Assembly: GCF_029504745.1 (NCBI RefSeq)
Contig: NZ_JAQFIQ010000053.1
Location: forward strand, 1 to 14,814
Length of the DNA: 14,814 bases
Direction: 5' to 3'
DNA from: Breznakia sp. PF5-3
GTDB lineage: Bacteria > Bacillota_I > Bacilli_A > Erysipelotrichales > Erysipelotrichaceae
Shown here: positions 1 through 6,275 of the stretch, piece by piece
Position numbering within the stretch: position 1 is the first letter of the stretch
Layout of the letters: each line of letters opens with the position of its first letter
The notes under the pieces: model-generated
Database searches by the model: none
What the model was told of the DNA's origin: nothing
Seen by the model: the letters and a program-made list of their open reading frames with translations, nothing else
Program-made: the position numbers and the translations under genes

Positions 1-59
1 TTTATCGACTAAAATAGAGAAATTTCCTGCCTAATAGATTGTATCATATACCTTGTTAT

Positions 60-93
60 AAAAAAAGACCATTGACTTCTTTTGTCAACAGTC
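60..93 (-). terminator. Putative rho-independent terminator that works only on the minus strand
   Basis: GACCATTGAC (67-76) and GTCAACAGTC (84-93) flank a 7-nt loop. On the plus strand the stem has two C/A mismatches. In the minus-strand RNA these become G-U wobbles, giving a 10-bp stem followed by a U7 tract (complement of A60-A66). No obvious minus-strand gene feeds into it. Confidence 0.45.
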
Positions 94-96
94 TGC

Positions 97-123
97 AGTA
101 TCATGTGATAATGATACTTTTTT
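97..123 (+). terminator. Putative rho-independent terminator for a plus-strand gene lying upstream of the window
   Basis: AGTATCA (97-103), an 8-nt loop and TGATACT (112-118) are followed by a T-run to 123. The stem is only 7 bp with 2 G-C pairs, so it is weak. Confidence 0.4.
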
Positions 124-404
124 ACTTTAATGAGAATTAAAGAAACATAAGTGAATTGTACTAAACTATTATTTTTTATGTGGATGTAATTGTTTTGGCA
201 ACAATAAGATAGAAAATAATAAAGAAAAAGAAATGTGCAAATCGGAAGTTACCAGTCATGATGTTACATTAGATGTAAAGATTAAAGACAGGATTGATAT
301 ATTACTACGGGACCAAACTTTTTTAATATAGTTTAGATGCAAAAATCAAAGGAAATAATGAAATGCAAGATTACTATGGGAAATTGAATTAGGGAGAATA
401 CAAA

Positions 405-1109
405 ATGAAAAAACATAGAAAGTTAATTGTTCTGATAATTATAATTATAGTTCTAGTAGGAGTAACTATAGTTGGGAAAAAAGTTTATAAAGAAATGAAT
501 GAGAAAGATATCAATAATATTTTTGATGAAATGTATTATGTTGGTGAAGATAATGTTTCTGCATATTGGCATAAAGATGTATTTAAATCAGTATCAAAAG
601 AATCAAATCGGGCAAAAGGAACCATAGATAGTGATGGAATAAAACATGGACTGATGAGAGTTTATAATAAGTCAGCAATTTCACCTGCTTTAAAAGAATA
701 TGGTGTAGAAAGTATTATAGTGTATTTTGATTATGATCCATTTCTAAAAATTATAACATCAATTGATAGAGGGGAAGGGAGTGATGACAGTATAATTATA
801 CGTTGGATTTATAATGTGGAGAGCGATGAAATGGAACTTGAATTTGAATTTATAAATGAAAAAGCAAAATTTGAACCTATGACAGGAAAAGATATTGATG
901 AATTTTTAGCGAGTTTTGATATGGATTATGATGAACTATATGAAGTAGCGAGAATGTTCTTATATGATCAAATATTGATAGATTATTTAGAGGGGAATGA
1001 AAAGTTGTCAAAATTCTCAATGGATGATTTAGGAGATGTAGACATTTTAGGGGCAAAAGTTGTGCTATGTAGTAATTTTCTTGAAGGATGTTTGCAAAGC
1101 GAAAAATGA
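405..1109 (+). CDS. Hypothetical protein, N-terminally membrane-anchored and acidic, family not recognised
   Basis: 234-aa ORF with an AGGGAG RBS about 9 nt upstream. The N-terminus MKKHRK is followed by a roughly 20-residue hydrophobic helix (LIVLIIIIIVLVGVTIVG) with no lipobox or obvious signal-peptidase site. The rest is rich in D and E. I recognise no catalytic motif. Confidence 0.6.
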   Translation: MKKHRKLIVLIIIIIVLVGVTIVGKKVYKEMNEKDINNIFDEMYYVGEDNVSAYWHKDVFKSVSKESNRAKGTIDSDGIKHGLMRVYNKSAISPALKEYGVESIIVYFDYDPFLKIITSIDRGEGSDDSIIIRWIYNVESDEMELEFEFINEKAKFEPMTGKDIDEFLASFDMDYDELYEVARMFLYDQILIDYLEGNEKLSKFSMDDLGDVDILGAKVVLCSNFLEGCLQSEK

Positions 1110-1123
1110 TGTTAATTAAACGC

Positions 1124-1849
1124 TTAAAAAGGATGTAAGATAACTTCATTTTCTATAATGTATTGCCCCATGAGTTTATGCTGGGTTTGACTAATATAAA
1201 TTTTTCCATTTTGACGAGTCAGCAATCCATTGCTTTCAATTTTTTGTAGAGAACGATTAAGTGTGCGAACACTACAAGCCATTTTACTAGCAATATCTTC
1301 TCTTTTGGCATTGATTTTCACTTGTTTTACATCGCCATATTTTTGATATTCTTCATATAAGAATACAATGATTCTTGTTTCGATATCCAAAAATAGAAAT
1401 TGTCTTAAAAATTGTGTTTCTCTACTCAATACACTCATTAACATATTCATACGAATAAATAGAGCATTTACATCTTCTCTTACCCAATTCATATAATCAC
1501 CCGAATTGATACGAATACAAACACAATGATTTTTGGCACGCAAAGATACAAAACGGCCTGATGCATTGGAAAATAGTTCATAATCACCAAGCACATCAAT
1601 TGCTCGATATTCTCCAAACGTAAAAGGATAGCTAGGAACTTGTTCGTCAACGACAGATACTTTTCCTTTTAGTAATACGTAGACATACGTATTTGGATCA
1701 CCAGTTTCCATGATAGGGTGACCTTTTTCATAGGTAACAATTTCCATCTTTGCCTGTGTAGCTTCAGAACAATTTTTAAAGATTGTTGATACAAAGATAT
1801 AGTCATTATCACTAAGGTGAGTTTTACAATATTTTAAAATTTGTGACAT
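1124..1849 (-). CDS. Crp/Fnr-family transcriptional regulator (cNMP-binding-like beta-roll plus C-terminal HTH)
   Basis: 241 aa. The N-terminal 'GD...YVYVLLKGKVSV...FGE' pattern is typical of the Crp/Fnr effector domain. The C-terminal 'REDIASKMACSVRTLNRSLQKIESNGLL' is a Crp-type helix-turn-helix. An AAGGAG RBS lies on the minus strand at about 1856-1861. The gene is divergent from the deoD operon. Confidence 0.8.
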   Translation of the reverse strand: MSQILKYCKTHLSDNDYIFVSTIFKNCSEATQAKMEIVTYEKGHPIMETGDPNTYVYVLLKGKVSVVDEQVPSYPFTFGEYRAIDVLGDYELFSNASGRFVSLRAKNHCVCIRINSGDYMNWVREDVNALFIRMNMLMSVLSRETQFLRQFLFLDIETRIIVFLYEEYQKYGDVKQVKINAKREDIASKMACSVRTLNRSLQKIESNGLLTRQNGKIYISQTQHKLMGQYIIENEVILHPF

Positions 1850-1863
1850 AATTTACTCCTTAG

Positions 1864-1875
1864 GGACAAGTGTCC
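1864..1875. promoter_or_regulatory. Candidate operator palindrome GGACA-AG-TGTCC in the regulator leader
   Basis: Perfect 5-bp inverted arms (1864-1868 and 1871-1875) lie just upstream of the regulator RBS and downstream of a minus-strand TATAAT (complement of 1884-1889). A T8 run follows on the plus strand. Function is inferred only. Confidence 0.3.
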
Positions 1876-1918
1876 TTTTTTTTAATTATACACTAAGATA
1901 AGATAAAAATAGTAATAG

Positions 1919-1937
1919 GAAATCAATTTCTTATAAT
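1919..1937 (+). promoter_or_regulatory. Candidate -10 box (TATAAT 1932-1937) of the deoD operon with an abutting inverted repeat GAAAT-CA-ATTTC (1919-1930)
   Basis: A consensus TATAAT hexamer lies 25 nt upstream of the deoD ATG, with no good -35. The inverted repeat occupies the spacer or -35 region, where a repressor or activator of the Crp/Fnr type could bind. It does not match the FNR (TTGAT-N4-ATCAA) or CRP (TGTGA-N6-TCACA) consensus. Confidence 0.3.
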
Positions 1938-1961
1938 TATTATTTTGGAGGTAAGAGTTTT

Positions 1962-2678
1962 ATGGCAACACCGCATATTGAAGCAAAAGAAATGGATATC
2001 GCAAAAGTAGTTTTAATGCCTGGCGATCCATTAAGGGCAAAATATATAGCAGAAACATATTTGGAGGATGTTATTAAGTTTAATAATGTTCGAAATATGT
2101 TTGGTTTTACAGGAACATATAAAGGAAAAAGGATTTCCGTAATGGGTTCTGGTATGGGAATGCCAAGTATTGGAATTTATTCATACGAACTATTTAAAGT
2201 TTATGATGTTGAAGCAATTATCCGTATTGGTAGTGCAGGAGCATATACGGATGATTTGAAATTGTTTGATATTGTTTTAGCGAGTGATGCCTGGAGTGAG
2301 TCTTCGTTTGCACTTGCACAAGCTGGAGTAAAGGATTCAATAATGAAGCCAAGCGAAAAGTTGAATACTTTGATAAAAGATACAGCAGCAAGTATTAATA
2401 AAACAGTACATGAAAATCGTATTCACTCAAGTGATGTTTTCTATCATGAAGATAATGTAGATGGATATGCAGATTTCTATAGCAAACATGGATGTGTTTG
2501 TGTAGAGATGGAAAGTTTTGCATTGTTTCACACAGCAAACCTTTTCAATAAGCAAGCAGCATGTCTTTTAACAATTTCTGATTCACTTGTAACACATGAA
2601 GTGACAACGGCAGAACAACGACAAAATTCATTTAATGAGATGATGGAAATAGCATTAGAAAGCGCAATACAGGTTTAA
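1962..2678 (+). CDS. deoD: Purine nucleoside phosphorylase, DeoD type (hexameric PNP)
   Basis: 238 aa. The N-terminus 'MATPHI...[21 protein letters not shown]...[29 protein letters not shown]' is almost collinear with E. coli DeoD as I remember it, and the 'VCVEMES' active-site region is present. A GGAGG RBS lies at 1947-1951. Confidence 0.95.
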   Translation: MATPHIEAKEMDIAKVVLMPGDPLRAKYIAETYLEDVIKFNNVRNMFGFTGTYKGKRISVMGSGMGMPSIGIYSYELFKVYDVEAIIRIGSAGAYTDDLKLFDIVLASDAWSESSFALAQAGVKDSIMKPSEKLNTLIKDTAASINKTVHENRIHSSDVFYHEDNVDGYADFYSKHGCVCVEMESFALFHTANLFNKQAACLLTISDSLVTHEVTTAEQRQNSFNEMMEIALESAIQV

Positions 2679-2683
2679 AAAAG

Positions 2684-3880
2684 ATGAAAAACTATAAACG
2701 AATTTTTACCATCGTAGTTGACTCATTGGGTGTGGGAGCAGATGATTTAGCTGGATATGATAAAGGTGCTAATACATTGGCTCACATCAGTGAGCATATG
2801 CCAAATTTTAAAATCCCAACATTACAAAAGTTAGGATTGGCGAATGTAACTAAGTTAGTATCAGTAGAAGCAGAAATATCTCCCCTTGCCACTTATACAA
2901 AAATGAAAGAGGCAAGTATTGGAAAAGATACGATGACAGGACACTGGGAAATGATGGGGTTGTTGATTGATACACCTTTCCAGACGTTCACAGAAGAAGG
3001 GTTTCCAAAGGAATTAATTGATGAATTAGAAAGTCGTACAGGACGTAAAGTAATTGGTAATAAAGCTGCAAGCGGTACAGAGATATTAGATGAATTTGGT
3101 GAAGAAGAAATTGCCACAGGTCATATGATTGTTTATACATCTGCAGATTCGGTACTACAAATTTGTGGAAATGAAGAGACAATGGGGTTGGATAATCTAT
3201 ATAAGTATTGTGAGATTGCACGTGAAATTACTATGAAACCAGAATGGAAAGTGGGAAGAATCATCGCTCGACCTTACACAGGAAATAAGAAAGGAAGCTT
3301 TGTACGTACTGCAAATCGTCATGATTATGCATTAAAACCATATGGTAGAACAGCACTAAATGTATTAAAAGATGCTGGAAAAGATGTTATCAGTGTGGGT
3401 AAGATTAATGATATTTTTGATGGTGAGGGTATTACAGAAGCATATAAATCAAAAAGTAGTGTGCATGGTATGGAGCAGACAATCGATATAGCAAAAAAAG
3501 ATTTCGATGGTTTATGCTTTGTAAATCTTGTGGATTTTGATGCCTTATGGGGACATCGACGCAATCCTGTAGGCTATGGTGAAGAGTTAGAGCGCTTTGA
3601 TGCTCTATTAGCTAAATTATTGGATGTGTTAAGAGAAGATGATTTATTGCTTATTGTAGCCGATCATGGAAATGATCCAACGTATATAGGTAGTGATCAC
3701 ACAAAAGAGATGGTACCATTCTTAGCATATAGCAAGGATATGGAACAAGGACAGCATTTAGAAGTATTTGATACATTTGCGAATGTAGGTGCAACAATTG
3801 TAGATAATTTTGGTTTCGCTATGCCAAAAGATACGATTGGAGTATCAAAATTAGCAGAAATCGTAAAATATCGTAAATAG
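2684..3880 (+). CDS. deoB: Phosphopentomutase
   Basis: 398 aa. It shows the 'VDSLGVGA' N-terminal metal-binding motif, '[10 protein letters not shown]', '[18 protein letters not shown]' and 'ADHGNDPT', all characteristic of DeoB in the alkaline-phosphatase superfamily. It starts 5 nt after deoD. Confidence 0.95.
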   Translation: MKNYKRIFTIVVDSLGVGADDLAGYDKGANTLAHISEHMPNFKIPTLQKLGLANVTKLVSVEAEISPLATYTKMKEASIGKDTMTGHWEMMGLLIDTPFQTFTEEGFPKELIDELESRTGRKVIGNKAASGTEILDEFGEEEIATGHMIVYTSADSVLQICGNEETMGLDNLYKYCEIAREITMKPEWKVGRIIARPYTGNKKGSFVRTANRHDYALKPYGRTALNVLKDAGKDVISVGKINDIFDGEGITEAYKSKSSVHGMEQTIDIAKKDFDGLCFVNLVDFDALWGHRRNPVGYGEELERFDALLAKLLDVLREDDLLLIVADHGNDPTYIGSDHTKEMVPFLAYSKDMEQGQHLEVFDTFANVGATIVDNFGFAMPKDTIGVSKLAEIVKYRK

Positions 3881-3901
3881 TATTCGAGGGAGGTTATAAA
3901 G

Positions 3902-5407
3902 ATGAGTAAAGTTAGTGAAATTATTAAAGACCCTACTTTGACATATCAACAGCAAGTACTATCACTTGCTCGATTGGCAGAGAGTGAAGATGATTCCTTA
4001 CCTCGAGATAAAGCGTTTATCGAAGCATTACAAGATGGTGTATTATGCGACTTAGGTGAAGGGTTAGCGCCATATCGTCCTCGATATATCGTGCCTGATT
4101 ATGAGTTGTTGATGAAAAAGGGGTGTGAATTTTTAGATATAGCACCACCTAGTGATATTTGGGAAGCTACCAATGCATTATTGATTTTTTATAAGCATGT
4201 ACCAAGTATTACATCATTTCCTGTATACTTAGGAAACTTTTCCACGCTTTTTGCACCATTTGATACAGAGGAAGAGATAACAAGAAAAGCTTTGAAATTG
4301 TTTTTACAACACATTGATAAAACCCTTACAGATTCTTTTGTTCATTCGAATATCGGACCAAAAGAAAATCGTGTAGGACATATTATTTTAGATTTAACAA
4401 AAGAAATGCAATTAGCAATACCAAATCTTACGTTGTTATACAATCCAGAAAAGACAAGCAACGAGTTCGCATTAAAATGTGTGGATTGTATGCTTGAAAC
4501 AAGTAAGCCAAGTTTTGCAAATGATGCGATGTATGCAAAAAATATGGATGGAAACTATGCCATTGTTAGTTGTTATAATGCATTAAAGATAGCAGGTGGT
4601 GGATATACATTACCACGAATTCGCTTATACGATGCTTCTTTAAAAGCAAAGGATGCAGATGATTTCTTAAATAACATACTTCCATACTATGTTGAAGTGT
4701 TGTTGAAGAATATGGATCAAAGAATTACTTATATTGTAGAAGAATCAAGTTTCTTTAAAAGTAACTTTCTTGCAAAGGAAGGCTTTGTTAAACAAGAAAA
4801 CTTCACTGGCATGTTCGGTGTTGTTGGCTTAGCAGAGTGTACAAATAACTTATTAGGAATTAGTGATAAAAGCAAAGGTTATGGACATGACAAAGATGCT
4901 GAAAAGTTAGCATCTACCATTCTAGATAAGATACATGATATGGTGGAAGCACATCATGGTGTGTATTGTGAGGGCTGCAATAATACTTATGTAATGCATG
5001 CTCAAGTTGGAATTGATACGGATGGTACAGAAAATTCTCCTGGGTGTCGAATTCCAATTGGAAGCGAACCAGAACTTAGAGATCATTTATTGTTAGAAGC
5101 AAAAATGCATAAACATTTTATATCAGGAATTGGTGATATCTTTAAGTTTGATAAAACTTGGAATAAAAATCCCCAAGCGATATTGGATATAATTAAGGGT
5201 GCATTCACAAGCGGAATGCGATACTTTACTGGATATAATGCTGATAATGATGTTGTTAGAGTTACAGGATATTTAGTAAAGCGTAGTGAAATTGAAAAAT
5301 TACGTAATAATGAGGCTTCTTTAAATCAAGTGACATTGTATGGTAAAGGAGCGGAAGAAAAAGGTAAGGCACTAAGTCGAAGAGTGTATGAAAACAGCAA
5401 TCGTTAA
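3902..5407 (+). CDS. yjjI: YjjI-family (DUF3029-like) glycyl radical enzyme, substrate unknown
   Basis: 501 aa with a strong GAGGGAGG RBS at 3886-3893. It has a C-terminal glycyl-radical fingerprint VVRVTGYLV (G456). It is much shorter than canonical GREs of roughly 750-850 aa. An overlapping dedicated activase gene follows immediately. The symbol is used by analogy with E. coli yjjI, and orthology is not verified. Confidence 0.85.
   Translation: MSKVSEIIKDPTLTYQQQVLSLARLAESEDDSLPRDKAFIEALQDGVLCDLGEGLAPYRPRYIVPDYELLMKKGCEFLDIAPPSDIWEATNALLIFYKHVPSITSFPVYLGNFSTLFAPFDTEEEITRKALKLFLQHIDKTLTDSFVHSNIGPKENRVGHIILDLTKEMQLAIPNLTLLYNPEKTSNEFALKCVDCMLETSKPSFANDAMYAKNMDGNYAIVSCYNALKIAGGGYTLPRIRLYDASLKAKDADDFLNNILPYYVEVLLKNMDQRITYIVEESSFFKSNFLAKEGFVKQENFTGMFGVVGLAECTNNLLGISDKSKGYGHDKDAEKLASTILDKIHDMVEAHHGVYCEGCNNTYVMHAQVGIDTDGTENSPGCRIPIGSEPELRDHLLLEAKMHKHFISGIGDIFKFDKTWNKNPQAILDIIKGAFTSGMRYFTGYNADNDVVRVTGYLVKRSEIEKLRNNEASLNQVTLYGKGAEEKGKALSRRVYENSNR
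5258..5272 (+). other. Glycyl radical site motif R-V-T-G-Y (G456 codon at 5267-5269)
   Basis: Read directly as aga gtt aca gga tat in the frame of 3902-5407. It matches the RVxG[FWY] fingerprint shared by PFL, class III RNR and other GREs, and lies 45 residues from the C-terminus. Confidence 0.8.
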
Positions 5408-6227
5408 TAAAATTATTCCATTTTCAAATGTTGATGGACCAGGAAATCGGACAGCAATCTTTTTTCAAGGATGTTCATTCGCTTGTTTGTATTGTCACAA
5501 TCCTGAGACAATCCATCTATGCAGGCATTGTGGAGAATGTGTTGAACAATGTCCTGTGAATGCTTTATCAATGAAAAATGGAAAAGTTGTATGGGATGAT
5601 GAAATATGTTGCGAATGTGATACATGTATAAAGGTGTGTCCACATCTCTCATCTCCAAAAACAAAGCTTATGAAGGTAGCGGATATTGTTGAATATATTA
5701 AACCTCATGTAGCATTTATAGAAGGAATTACAGTAAGTGGTGGAGAATGTATGTTGCAGGCAGATTTTCTACTAGAACTATTTAAAGAAATGAAAAAAAT
5801 GGGATTAACTTGTTTAATCGACAGCAATGGAACTGTTGATTTTCGTAAGCATACATCATTACTAGATATAAGTGATGGAGTTATGCTGGATGTGAAAGCA
5901 TTTGATAATGACTTTCACCGTCAAATTTGTAAATACGATAATTTGTCAGTAAAACAAAACTTGGATTACTTGCAAAGTATACATAAACTTTTGGAAGTTC
6001 GAACCGTATTGCTTCCAAACCAAGATGAGCAAAATGAAGCTACTGTGAATTATGTAAGTAAATGTTTAAAAGAAGGAATTACATATAAGCTGCTTCGATT
6101 CCGTCCATATGGGGTCCGCTTTGAAGGTGTTGAATACTTTGGAAAGGAAAGCGTTAGTGAAGAATACGCAGAAAAATTCAAGAATATTGTTTTGAAAAAT
6201 GGACACAATGATATAATTATCGTATAG
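5388..6227 (+). CDS. yjjW: Glycyl-radical enzyme activating enzyme (radical SAM), YjjW type
   Basis: 279 aa. The N-terminal 'SNVDGPGNRTAIFFQGCSFACLYCHNPE' carries CX3CX2C at C29/C33/C36. Two ferredoxin-like motifs follow: C45-x2-C48-x2-C51-x3-C55-P and C74-x2-C77-x2-C80-x3-C84-P. The 'SGGEC' SAM-binding motif is present. The ATG overlaps the upstream GRE gene by 20 nt. Confidence 0.9.
   Translation: MKTAIVNKIIPFSNVDGPGNRTAIFFQGCSFACLYCHNPETIHLCRHCGECVEQCPVNALSMKNGKVVWDDEICCECDTCIKVCPHLSSPKTKLMKVADIVEYIKPHVAFIEGITVSGGECMLQADFLLELFKEMKKMGLTCLIDSNGTVDFRKHTSLLDISDGVMLDVKAFDNDFHRQICKYDNLSVKQNLDYLQSIHKLLEVRTVLLPNQDEQNEATVNYVSKCLKEGITYKLLRFRPYGVRFEGVEYFGKESVSEEYAEKFKNIVLKNGHNDIIIV
5472..5639 (+). 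other. Radical-SAM [4Fe-4S] motif (5472-5495) plus two auxiliary ferredoxin-type cluster motifs (5520-5639)
   Basis: The cysteine codons were read directly in frame: tgt at 5472, 5484 and 5493 for CX3CX2C, then CRHCGECVEQCP and CCECDTCIKVCP. This architecture resembles the activases of non-PFL GREs, which carry auxiliary clusters. Confidence 0.85.
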
Positions 6228-6275
6228 ATAAGCATACTAGATTATGACTTTACAAAAGAAAACCGGAGGTAAAAG

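Noticed and set aside
233-331. A 32-aa plus-strand ORF (MCKSEVTSHDVTLDVKIKDRIDILLRDQTFLI), possibly a gene remnant.
   Set aside because: It has no RBS and no recognisable motif, and I see no extended frame-shifted similarity to the neighbouring ORF 405-1109. The evidence is insufficient to call a pseudogene.
1864-1882. GGGAC-AAGT-GTCCT hairpin plus T8 read as a plus-strand terminator.
   Set aside because: No plus-strand gene ends upstream of it, since the adjacent gene is on the minus strand and starts at 1849. The stem is only 4-6 bp. It is more plausibly an operator or a 5'-UTR element of the regulator.
1850-1961. A purine, preQ1 or other riboswitch, a T-box leader, or a cre/FNR/CRP consensus site upstream of deoD.
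   Set aside because: The leader is at most about 30 nt if the TATAAT at 1932 is used. No conserved riboswitch core sequences are visible, and there is no TGWAANCGNTNWCA, TTGAT-N4-ATCAA or TGTGA-N6-TCACA match.
3902-5407. Calling the 501-aa GRE a pyruvate formate-lyase, a choline/glycerol/propanediol-type eliminase, or a class III ribonucleotide reductase (NrdD).
   Set aside because: It is too short for PFL or eliminase GREs. I see no ACCVS (PFL) or clear GCVE Cys-loop motif and no NrdD-type double CxxC Zn-ribbon directly before the glycyl loop. The partner activase carries two auxiliary ferredoxin motifs, unlike PFL-AE or NrdG. The YjjI family fits best, but this needs an HMM check.
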